A stretch of 58,089 nucleotides of DNA from Candidatus Omnitrophota bacterium (GTDB lineage Bacteria > Omnitrophota > Gorgyraeia > Zapsychrales > Fredricksoniimonadaceae): positions 1 through 58,089 of the forward strand of contig CAIVRE010000028.1 in NCBI GenBank assembly GCA_903908245.1. Direction: 5' to 3'. Shown here piece by piece: positions 8,248 to 16,952 of the stretch (position 1 is the stretch's first letter; every line of letters starts with the position of its first letter). Both the position numbers and the translations under genes were made by a program. The notes beneath the pieces are model-generated. The model was not told the DNA's origin. It saw only the letters and a list, made by a program, of their open reading frames with translations, and did no database searches.

Positions 8248-10773
8248 ATGCCCAAGATCAAATTCCTTACGTGGCTTAAACTCAACTGGCTTAAACTTTT
8301 TCTGATCTTCCTTGGGATATCCTTTGTGGTGGTTGTGACCATGATGCTGGCCATGGGGCTCAGCAGCTTCACCTCCCTAGAATCGTTCAGCCGCAAACAA
8401 ATGACCGCCCAGATGGGCATGTACCTCTTTATGGGCATTGTCCAGGGCGTTATCATGACAGCAATGTACGGCGTAATGTATTACTATGTCTTTATGGGCG
8501 GCGGCATGGCCAAATTCCTCGGCAGCAACTCGGCCATCCATGCCAAGGCCAATGTCCGCTGGGATGAAGTGGTGGGAATGGAAACGGCCAAAAAAGAAGC
8601 CTGGGAGATCGTACAGTTCCTCAAGGACCGCAAACTCCTGAAGATTATCGGCGGGAACATCATCAAAGGTACTCTCCTGGTAGGCTCGCCCGGCTGCGGC
8701 AAAACCTACCTGGCCAAAGCCATCGCCACCGAAGCCGGCCTTCCCTTCTTGTCCGCGGTGGGTTCGGAATTCGTGGGTGTATTCGTCGGGCTTGGCGCGT
8801 CGCGCATGAAATCACTTTTTAAAGAAGCCCGCGACATGGCCAAAGCCGAAGGCGGATGCATTATCTTTATTGACGAGATCGACTCGTTCGCCCGCCCCCG
8901 CACCGGGGACGCCGGCGGCAGCATCGGCGCGCAAAGCGACCACAACGCCACCATCAACCAGTTCCTGACCGAACTCGACGGATTGCGCCAGACAGAGAAT
9001 AATATTGTCGTGATCGCCGCCACCAATGTCCCTGAAGAAGAGCTGGATTCCGCCATCATGCGCTCGGGCCGTTTCGACCGTAAGATCGAGATCAACAAGC
9101 CAACCGCCCGCGACCGCGAAGAACTGCTGCGCTTCTACCTGAAAAAAATATCCTCCGACCCCGCGATCGATATCACGGCCACCGCCGACAGGATGAAATG
9201 GTTCTCGCCGGCCGACATCAACAATATGGTGCGTGAAGCGGCCATTATCTCCATGCGCGCCAACCGCCCGGTCTCGAACCAGGAGGATATTGATAAAGCC
9301 ATTGAACGCGTGATCCGCTCCATCGAGAAAACCTCCAGCAGCGGCGGCTCCTGCGGGGGCAGCTGCGGCACCAAAATGCTGGCGTCGAGCGTCAATGTCA
9401 AATGGGACGATATTATCGGCATGGAAAGCGCCAAACGCGAAGCGCGAGAGATCGTCGGGCTATTGAAAGACCGCCAGCGCATCGCGGCTATCGGCGGCAA
9501 GATCGTCAAGGGCATCCTGCTGATGGGCCCGCCAGGCTGCGGCAAGACCTATATTGCCAAGGCCTTCGCAACAGAAGCCGGGATCCCGATGATCGCCATG
9601 ACGGGAAGCGAATTCTTCGCCGGGGTCTATCACGGCACCGGCCCAAAGCGCGTCATGCAGCTGTTCAAGGAAGCGCGCATGCTGGCCAAAGCCGAAGGCG
9701 GCTGTATCATTTTCATCGATGAAATGGATTCGTTCGCCCATCCCCGCGGCATGGAGACCGGCGGAGGCGCGATATCCGAAGAGAACAACACCATCAACCA
9801 GTTCCTGGCCGAAGTCGACGGGCTGCGTCAGGACGAGAACAATATCGTCCTTTTGGGCGCCACCAACGCTTCGGAAGACCAGCTCGATCCGGCCATCCTG
9901 CGCTCGGGGCGTTTTGAACGCAAGATCTATGTGACCCGCCCCAACCTGAAAGAACGCAAGCTCCTTTTTGACTTCTACCTTAAAAAGGTCAAAACCAACG
10001 ACGATGTCAATTCCGAAATGCTCGCCCGCAAGACACTGTGGTTCTCGCCGGCCGACATAGACAACATGGTCCGCGAAGCCGGCATGTTCGCGCTGCGCGA
10101 CAACCGGGATATCCTTTCCTTCAAAGACCTCTCGCAGGCCTACGACCGCATCCTCTACGGCGAGAAATCGAACACCATCCTGAGCGATGCCGAAAAAGAA
10201 TGGGTGTCCTATCACGAAGCCGGGCACGCCATCATCGGCTACCTGCTGCACCCGACCAACGACGTTATCAAGGCCACCATCATCCCGCACAAAGGCTCGC
10301 TCGGCTTTGTGGCGCCTCGCCCCAAGGATGAAGTGAATATCCGCAGCAAAGAATGGTACCTGGCCGAGATCAAGGTCAGTGTGGCCAGTTACGCCGCGGA
10401 AAAGATCAAATTCGGCACCACCGGCAGCGGGGTTTCGGGCGATTTTCAAAGCGCCCTCTCCACCGCCCGCCAGATGGTATGGAACTGGGGCATGGGCCGC
10501 TCGGGATTCCTGGGCGACCTGTCGATGTCCACCGGCCCGCGCCAACAGCCCCTTTCACAGATATCCGAACGCACCAAGGAGAAACTCGATGACGACGTGC
10601 AGGAGATCCTTCAGTCCTGCCTGAAAGACGTCGGCGAGGTGCTCAATAACAACAGGACACTGCTCGATGCCTTCGCCGCGGAGCTTATGGCGAAAGGCGA
10701 ACTTGAATATGACGAAATCCAGGCCATCTTTGACCGCTTTGGCCTGAAACCGGAAACGAGAATACTCAGCTGA
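8248..10773 (+). CDS. FtsH-like membrane metalloprotease with two tandem AAA+ domains and an M41 peptidase
   Basis: Two N-terminal TM helices; AAA1 GSPGCGKT/FIDEID/RSGRFDRK; AAA2 GPPGCGKT/FIDEMD/RSGRFERK; M41 HEAGH and SGDF. Confidence 0.9.
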   Translation: MPKIKFLTWLKLNWLKLFLIFLGISFVVVVTMMLAMGLSSFTSLESFSRKQMTAQMGMYLFMGIVQGVIMTAMYGVMYYYVFMGGGMAKFLGSNSAIHAKANVRWDEVVGMETAKKEAWEIVQFLKDRKLLKIIGGNIIKGTLLVGSPGCGKTYLAKAIATEAGLPFLSAVGSEFVGVFVGLGASRMKSLFKEARDMAKAEGGCIIFIDEIDSFARPRTGDAGGSIGAQSDHNATINQFLTELDGLRQTENNIVVIAATNVPEEELDSAIMRSGRFDRKIEINKPTARDREELLRFYLKKISSDPAIDITATADRMKWFSPADINNMVREAAIISMRANRPVSNQEDIDKAIERVIRSIEKTSSSGGSCGGSCGTKMLASSVNVKWDDIIGMESAKREAREIVGLLKDRQRIAAIGGKIVKGILLMGPPGCGKTYIAKAFATEAGIPMIAMTGSEFFAGVYHGTGPKRVMQLFKEARMLAKAEGGCIIFIDEMDSFAHPRGMETGGGAISEENNTINQFLAEVDGLRQDENNIVLLGATNASEDQLDPAILRSGRFERKIYVTRPNLKERKLLFDFYLKKVKTNDDVNSEMLARKTLWFSPADIDNMVREAGMFALRDNRDILSFKDLSQAYDRILYGEKSNTILSDAEKEWVSYHEAGHAIIGYLLHPTNDVIKATIIPHKGSLGFVAPRPKDEVNIRSKEWYLAEIKVSVASYAAEKIKFGTTGSGVSGDFQSALSTARQMVWNWGMGRSGFLGDLSMSTGPRQQPLSQISERTKEKLDDDVQEILQSCLKDVGEVLNNNRTLLDAFAAELMAKGELEYDEIQAIFDRFGLKPETRILS

Positions 10774-10774
10774 T

Positions 10775-12013
10775 ATGCGCCACCATCTGCTGGCCCTTGC
10801 CCTGGCCGCCGCCCTCCTTAATGGATGCGCCGTCAAAGACAAGCTCTATACGCCCTCCGAGGCCGAAAAGAAGCTGGTGACGTTCTGCCAGAAAGAAAGC
10901 TCCAATTCCACCGCTTTCCAGGCTGAAGAATTCAAAGGTTCCTTTTCCGCTTCCGATCTGGTGCAATCGGTCAAAACCTCGGGGGTCCCAATACCGGCGG
11001 GCAAGAACAACGTCGACGCCCTCAACAACCTGCTGACCAGCAAGAACCTGGAAAGCCGCTTCACGAAACTGAACCTGCCGCAGGAGGCGCGCACGCTCAA
11101 AGACCGCAAAGATCCCCTGCAGGACAATGAACTCAGACGCCTGAACCGCCTGGTCCTCGAAACAGCGTTCCCGCAGGAATGCCCGAAATCACTGTCGGTC
11201 GTCACACACATCATTGCCAAAACCTTGTGGATCTACATCCCGTTCAACGAACCGATCTTCACCGTCAAGCCTTCTTCCGGAGAGGCCGCCGAAAAGAAAA
11301 AGACCCCCCTGGACCTGCTTTATCTGGGAGGAGAATTCGACGAAAAAAAAGATTTTTCCTTTGAATACGATATCGTCAGCGACACCATCCCTCCCGACCC
11401 CGTTACTTACGGCAGCGGCTACAACGAGAAATTCGCCAAAGTCCGCCAGCTGATCTACCAGGGCCTGCAGGAATCCATATTCAATGTCCCCGCCAAAGAT
11501 GCCCCCGATTTCGTCGTTGTGATCATTGCCGATATCGGAACGGGAGTTGCCGTTAAAAGCACCTTCTACCTGGATGACCTCAAACAGTACATGACCGAGG
11601 CCCTTCCTCCGGATGAATATTATTTACGGGAACAGAACGAGATCTTCGGCAAGAAAGACATGATCGGGGATACTCTCGGAAGCTCTCTGGAATACGCCGA
11701 TATCGCCTGGACAGACTTCCTGGTCAGCCAGATAAAGAACCGCATCAAATTCAAGTTCACCCAAAGCGACCTGACGCCGCAAAGCGACCCCGACAAGATC
11801 ATCGCCTCCTGCGCCGCCAACGCGCTGCGGTTCTATCCCTTCACCGGTTATAAAGGGGTTTATCTTTACAATATCCGTCAGAAACGCGACATGCTGTTCA
11901 ACAAAACGCAGCTCAAGACTTTTGAAGAAGAGAACTGGTGGGCAGGCAAGGGAAAGATCACCACGATCCATTTCGACGCGAACACCCCCGGCCAAAAAGC
12001 CGGGAAACAATAA
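10775..12013 (+). CDS. Hypothetical lipoprotein
   Basis: Signal peptide with lipobox LLNGC; ATG 1 nt after the protease stop. Confidence 0.8.
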   Translation: MRHHLLALALAAALLNGCAVKDKLYTPSEAEKKLVTFCQKESSNSTAFQAEEFKGSFSASDLVQSVKTSGVPIPAGKNNVDALNNLLTSKNLESRFTKLNLPQEARTLKDRKDPLQDNELRRLNRLVLETAFPQECPKSLSVVTHIIAKTLWIYIPFNEPIFTVKPSSGEAAEKKKTPLDLLYLGGEFDEKKDFSFEYDIVSDTIPPDPVTYGSGYNEKFAKVRQLIYQGLQESIFNVPAKDAPDFVVVIIADIGTGVAVKSTFYLDDLKQYMTEALPPDEYYLREQNEIFGKKDMIGDTLGSSLEYADIAWTDFLVSQIKNRIKFKFTQSDLTPQSDPDKIIASCAANALRFYPFTGYKGVYLYNIRQKRDMLFNKTQLKTFEEENWWAGKGKITTIHFDANTPGQKAGKQ

Positions 12014-12610
12014 TTACACGATGACCTTCCGGCCGGACACCTTGACCCTCCCCCTGATGAACAGGCTGATCGCATAAGGATACAACTGATGCTCCGCGGC
12101 ATGGACCTTCTCGGTGAGCATATCAAATGTATCGTTAGGATTCACCTCGACCGCGGCCTGGGCGATGATCGGCCCGTGGTCAACGTCCTCATCCACCAGA
12201 TGGACCGTCACGCCGGTCACTTTCACACCAAAATCATACGCCTCCTTGATCGCATGCGCCCCTTTGAACGCGGGCAATAACGAAGGATGAATGTTCATGA
12301 TCTTGTTGCGGTAAGCCTCAATGAACAAAGGCGATAATATCCGCATATAACCGGCCAACACCACAAAATCAATGCCTTCTTTTTTCAGAAGGTCAAGCAC
12401 TGCCTGGTCGAACGCTTCCCGGGACGGATACTGCCCGGGGTCCAGATGCGCCACCGGCACACCGGCCTTACGCGCGCGCTCAAGGGCAAACGCCCCGGCT
12501 TTATCCGAAAAAACAACTTTGAGCGACGCCTTGATCTGTTTGGACTTCAGCGCCTTGATGATCGCCTGAAGGTTCGTTCCGTTGCCGGACGCCATAACCG
12601 CAAAATTCAT
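12014..12610 (-). CDS. purN: Phosphoribosylglycinamide formyltransferase
   Basis: ASGNGTNLQA, LAGYMRIL, NIHPSLLP, GVTVHLV, DHGPII. Start at 12610 by ATGA overlap with the MFS gene. Confidence 0.96.
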   Translation of the reverse strand: MNFAVMASGNGTNLQAIIKALKSKQIKASLKVVFSDKAGAFALERARKAGVPVAHLDPGQYPSREAFDQAVLDLLKKEGIDFVVLAGYMRILSPLFIEAYRNKIMNIHPSLLPAFKGAHAIKEAYDFGVKVTGVTVHLVDEDVDHGPIIAQAAVEVNPNDTFDMLTEKVHAAEHQLYPYAISLFIRGRVKVSGRKVIV

Positions 12611-13893
12611 TGTTCCTCCTGCTGCTGCCCCAGCGCCACCCCGCGCCGATACCGCCATAACCCCCACCCGCCCACCAGAAAAAAGAGCCCGCCCACCGCC
12701 ATCAATATCCAGGCCCGCGGAACAAACTCGGACAACTTTGAACTTATCAGCATCGTGCTCAGGAATGCGAAATGAATGGCAAACTCCATCGCGCTGAAAA
12801 CCTTGCCCTGCATCTCGGTGCTGGCCACCTTATGCACGACGGTATTAGCCGCGATCACGATCGGCCCAACCACAAAACCCAACATCATGGCCAGGCCTTG
12901 CGCCACCCATATATTCCTGAACGTGTTCACCGCAAAAGCAAAGACCGCCAGCATGATCCCGCCCGCGATCAGGCTGGAGAAAATAGTCTCAACATGTTTC
13001 TTCTTGTCGCCCCATTTCCCGTACGCAATACTTCCCAAAAAGAGCCCGACCCCCAGCCCCACCGCCATGAACCCTAAATGTTTGGTAACACTTCCAAAAG
13101 ACTCCTGGATAAAAATAATGATCACAACATAAATAGCCCCTGCCGCCATGAACAGGATCATCATCAGGTTGATGATATAGCGAATGTCCCGGTTGGCCAT
13201 GATATACACAACGCCGGCACGCGCTTCATGCCAGACATTCTTGTACGCCGAAGCCATTTCTTTCCCCGCGGCCATCAGCTCCCCGGCGCGCATGCCGCGC
13301 AATTGCGGACGGGAGATCAGCGAGATCAACAAAGCCGATACCAGGAACGTCCCCGAGTCGATCAAAAATCCGCCCCGCGCCCCCCAATATTCCACGATAA
13401 GGCCGCCCAAAAGCGCCCCCATCACAAAAGCGATCATGCCCGTTACCGTTGCCAGCGAATTGGCCGCATGAAGCGACTCGGGATCAACGATCTCGGGGAT
13501 AATGGACATCTTGGCCGGCACATAGAACCGGCTCAGGCAGAATGCCAGGAAAACCACGCCGTAGATCGGCCACATCGACGCCTGATAAATGAAGACCAGC
13601 GGAATGGTGAGGACCAGCAACCCGCGGACAATATCGCAAACGAACATCGTGGTCTTGCGGTCCCAGCGGTCCACATAAACACCGGCAATGGGCCCGACGA
13701 CAAAGACCGGGATGATCGTGAACGCCAGGACCTTGGCCAGCTCCATGGCCGAACCCGGATTGGCCCCGATCTGCCGGCCCGTCACAAGGCCGACCAGCGC
13801 CATCTGATTGATACGGTCGCCGAACTGGGAGATCAGCTGCGCGAGCCAAAAAGCCAGAAAGCCCTTATTCTGTAAACTGCGTCGAAAACCCAT
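12607..13893 (-). CDS. MFS transporter (MFS_3/H+ antiporter-like)
   Basis: About 12 hydrophobic segments; QLISQFGD; motif A GVYVDRWDRK. Confidence 0.9.
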   Translation of the reverse strand: MGFRRSLQNKGFLAFWLAQLISQFGDRINQMALVGLVTGRQIGANPGSAMELAKVLAFTIIPVFVVGPIAGVYVDRWDRKTTMFVCDIVRGLLVLTIPLVFIYQASMWPIYGVVFLAFCLSRFYVPAKMSIIPEIVDPESLHAANSLATVTGMIAFVMGALLGGLIVEYWGARGGFLIDSGTFLVSALLISLISRPQLRGMRAGELMAAGKEMASAYKNVWHEARAGVVYIMANRDIRYIINLMMILFMAAGAIYVVIIIFIQESFGSVTKHLGFMAVGLGVGLFLGSIAYGKWGDKKKHVETIFSSLIAGGIMLAVFAFAVNTFRNIWVAQGLAMMLGFVVGPIVIAANTVVHKVASTEMQGKVFSAMEFAIHFAFLSTMLISSKLSEFVPRAWILMAVGGLFFLVGGWGLWRYRRGVALGQQQEEQ

Positions 13894-13941
13894 AATTAAG
13901 ACCTATTATAACAGCAGAGAAATCGCCACCCACAAAATGCA

Positions 13942-15723
13942 TTATTTTTTTGACCGCGCTTCCACCTGTTTGCGAAAAGTATTATCGGGCGCGGCAACGC
14001 GGAGAAGTGCGGCAAAAGCGTCTTTAGACTTGGCCGTCTCCCCCAAAAGATCGGCAATGACCCCCATATTAAAAAGCGCATCAAAACGCGTGCGGTCAAC
14101 CGACCAGACAGAGGCGAACGCGTCATAAGCCTCGGCATTCCTGCCCAAACGGCCATAAAAAACCCCCAAAGCAAAAAGAAGCTCGGGGTCCCGGGGCGCC
14201 ACATGAAGCTTTTCTGTATATTGCTTGACCAGAGCCGTATATGCGGCCTTTTTATTGCCCTCAAGGACAGGATTAATATCTTCGCGCGCAGGCATCGCCT
14301 CGTAAACACGCACCGCCTTTAAATACTCGCCGTTGTCTGCCAATGCCTTTCCAAGCGCGATCCGATAATTCGGGTTGCAATCATGCAGTTGGACCGCTTT
14401 CCTGAAATGATCGATCGCCAGGTCGATCCTGCCCGTCTTGACATACACGGATGCCAGCGCATATTCGATACGGGAATTCCTGGGGTCGTTCTTCAGGGAA
14501 TTCTGCAGCACCAGCAGTTCATTGCCCGCGTAAATATTCTGCTGAACAAGCATCAGATAAAGAAAAACAATGAACCCGCCGGCCGCGATCTTCACCGCTT
14601 TAACCGACAAGACCTCCTTGCGAACAGCCGTATCGGCCGCCAGGACCAGAAGAATAAAGACCGGGATGCTCGCCAGGTACATGAAATGTTCCGCCAGCGA
14701 AATGGCCGACGGATATGCACCGATGGATGTCACCACCTGGGAGATCGGGAACAGCTCGGCCCAGAACCATACAATACAGAAAAGGACCAGCTTCGGCATC
14801 CGGCAGACATAACGCACGAACAACACCAAAAGGCTCAAATAAACACCCAGCGTTATCCAGACCCGCGGATCCCTGAAAGACTCATAGACCACTCGCGCAC
14901 GGTCAAAATACAGGTTCACCGGAAAGAAAATAAGCCGGATATAAGTGAACACCCCGTTCAAAAATGTCGTAACGCCCAACGCCATGAGCGACAACGACGG
15001 CCAGGGGAACGGGACAGTGAGGCGCATCAAATGATGGATAAAAAGATACCCTGCCACGACCAGCGCCAACGGCCACAGGCGCACCAGCGATCCCGCGCTC
15101 TTTTTCGCGACAAGGAGCCAATACAACGCCGCCACCACGATGAACATCCCCGCCGACTCCTTGCAAAGCAACGCCAGGGCATAACAGCCCGACATCAGAA
15201 CAATATCCCTCAGGCGCCCGTCACGGATATATCGAAGAAGAAAATAAAAAGCGGTCAAAACGAATAATGCGCACAAAAGGATGGCCCGGCCCGATACATT
15301 CCCCACCGCCTCCCAATGGATCGGATGAACGGCGAACAACACGCTCACCCAGAACCCGCGCATACGGTCATGGAACAACAGTCCACAAACCAGAAAAACA
15401 AAGAACGCATTAAGGATATGGATAAAGACATTATCCAGGTTATAAAAGAAATAATTAAGCCCGAACACGCGATATTCCAGCGTATAGGACACATAGACCA
15501 TCGGACGGTAATAATCTTTCTCCACCTTGAAATAAGTCGAGGTAAAAAAACGGGGAATATTGGCAAGGTCGCGGATCTCGACATTGCGGATGATCGAGAA
15601 TTCGTCATCAAGGTTCTTGAACGGGCTATGCAGCATGAACGAATAGGCAGAAAGGGCCAAAACACCAAGGAGCAACAGGACGATAATATTGGACTTGAGG
15701 ATGGAAGAAAAGAAGTTCGTCAT
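13942..15723 (-). CDS. GT-C fold (PMT/TMTC-like) membrane glycosyltransferase with C-terminal TPRs
   Basis: LDDEFSI loop, YYRP, HPIHWEAV, ALLCKESA, EHFMYL, then TPR-like helices. Start moved to ATG 15723, outside the hairpin. Confidence 0.8.
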   Translation of the reverse strand: MTNFFSSILKSNIIVLLLLGVLALSAYSFMLHSPFKNLDDEFSIIRNVEIRDLANIPRFFTSTYFKVEKDYYRPMVYVSYTLEYRVFGLNYFFYNLDNVFIHILNAFFVFLVCGLLFHDRMRGFWVSVLFAVHPIHWEAVGNVSGRAILLCALFVLTAFYFLLRYIRDGRLRDIVLMSGCYALALLCKESAGMFIVVAALYWLLVAKKSAGSLVRLWPLALVVAGYLFIHHLMRLTVPFPWPSLSLMALGVTTFLNGVFTYIRLIFFPVNLYFDRARVVYESFRDPRVWITLGVYLSLLVLFVRYVCRMPKLVLFCIVWFWAELFPISQVVTSIGAYPSAISLAEHFMYLASIPVFILLVLAADTAVRKEVLSVKAVKIAAGGFIVFLYLMLVQQNIYAGNELLVLQNSLKNDPRNSRIEYALASVYVKTGRIDLAIDHFRKAVQLHDCNPNYRIALGKALADNGEYLKAVRVYEAMPAREDINPVLEGNKKAAYTALVKQYTEKLHVAPRDPELLFALGVFYGRLGRNAEAYDAFASVWSVDRTRFDALFNMGVIADLLGETAKSKDAFAALLRVAAPDNTFRKQVEARSKK

Positions 15724-15731
15724 AGATATGG

Positions 15732-15762
15732 AAAACACCTGCCGTTGACCGGCAGGTGTTTT
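15732..15762 (-). terminator. Intrinsic terminator after tRNA-Thr
   Basis: Perfect 13-bp inverted repeat AAAACACCTGCCG / CGGCAGGTGTTTT with T-runs on both strands. Confidence 0.7.
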
Positions 15763-15806
15763 TTATCTCTTTTCCCTGAGAACACTAAAAAGAAAGAGAT
15801 AAAAAA

Positions 15807-15879
15807 AGCTGACGAAAGGAATTGAACCCTCGACCCGCGCATTACGAATGCGCTGCTCTACCAACTGAGCTACGTCAGC
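15807..15879 (-). tRNA. tRNA-Thr(CGT)
   Basis: GCTGACG acceptor stem; anticodon arm GCGCA-TTCGTAA-TGCGC; TTCAATT T-loop; CCA not encoded. Confidence 0.95.
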
Positions 15880-15932
15880 GTAAATGGAGATTTTTTATAC
15901 CACACCTTTTCAACGCTGTCGAGCATGATTTT

Positions 15933-16952
15933 CTATACGCGGGAAAGAACGGCAGATTGTTCACAAAGCGCCCCTGACATCAATGTCCATTTATCAGGCC
16001 AGAAATAATACCCCCCGACCAAAGAATCCCCCGAGGTCAGGGCAATGCCTTCACTCATGCTGCTTTTTTCTCTTTTGAGCCCCAAAAACTCCAGTCTGCC
16101 CAGGAAATCGTACACCCAATCCTGGATCTCCCTGCGATCATCGCCAATAAAGGCAATGGAATCAACCCCTTCCAGGACAGCCGCGCAGGCTCCAATGGTC
16201 TTTACAAGCTGATACGACAAAATGTCCCTGGCAAATACCGCCTTCGGGCCGTCACGGACAATAAGCTCTGAAAACCCCAGTGGCTCTCCAAGCAAGGCCG
16301 TGAACCCGCTTTCCTGCGATAACACCTGATGGATCCTTTCCAGGGAATATCCCGCGGCCAATAACTGAAAAACGATCGAAGCATCGATCGAACCACAACC
16401 GCCCTTGGAAAGAATGCCGTCAAAATCCGAAAAACCACAACTGGTCATGACCGGCCTGCCGTCTTTAAACGCCACAACATCCGTACTGTCGCCCAAAAAG
16501 ACCGTAATGCACCTTGAAGCCGGCACGCCGCGGATCAACGCAAGCCGTTTGGCCGTCCATTCATGAACAAGGCCGTTGCGGCCGCATTTCCAAAGCCCAT
16601 CCTCAATGCATTCAAACGGAATGGCATACAACCGGGCATGCTCCGGCATGTTACAATAAAGATCCGGATCGCCAAGGATGACATGCCGGCTGTCAGCCAG
16701 ATACTGAGAATAAAAATTAACAAGCTCCCGCATCACGGCATCCGTATCCCCCCCGAAACAGGGGACCGCCGCGCCTGGCCTGCTGTTGCGTACCAGATAC
16801 CCGACCATGCTGACCTCACGCCCGTCGATAACCTGCAACAGCCTTTTCTTGAACAGTCCGGCCTCCCGCTCCATGCCCTGCGCGATGGTCCGGTCATTAT
16901 CTCTAAGGCAAAAATGAATGCCCTCTTTGTCAGCATCCAGCAGCACGATCAT
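15933..16952 (-). CDS. Degenerate acetate kinase-like protein (probable pseudoenzyme)
   Basis: Aligns to the AckA C-terminal half (ITVFLG, TSCGF, GSIDASIV, LSQESG, GVDSIAFIG) but lacks N7, GHR, PLHN, GFHG, TRSG and NEE. Confidence 0.75.
   Translation of the reverse strand: MIVLLDADKEGIHFCLRDNDRTIAQGMEREAGLFKKRLLQVIDGREVSMVGYLVRNSRPGAAVPCFGGDTDAVMRELVNFYSQYLADSRHVILGDPDLYCNMPEHARLYAIPFECIEDGLWKCGRNGLVHEWTAKRLALIRGVPASRCITVFLGDSTDVVAFKDGRPVMTSCGFSDFDGILSKGGCGSIDASIVFQLLAAGYSLERIHQVLSQESGFTALLGEPLGFSELIVRDGPKAVFARDILSYQLVKTIGACAAVLEGVDSIAFIGDDRREIQDWVYDFLGRLEFLGLKREKSSMSEGIALTSGDSLVGGYYFWPDKWTLMSGALCEQSAVLSRV

Noticed and set aside
15933..16952. Decaying pseudogene of ackA
   Set aside because: The frame is open, coupled by ATGA and ends cleanly; treated as a possible pseudoenzyme instead.
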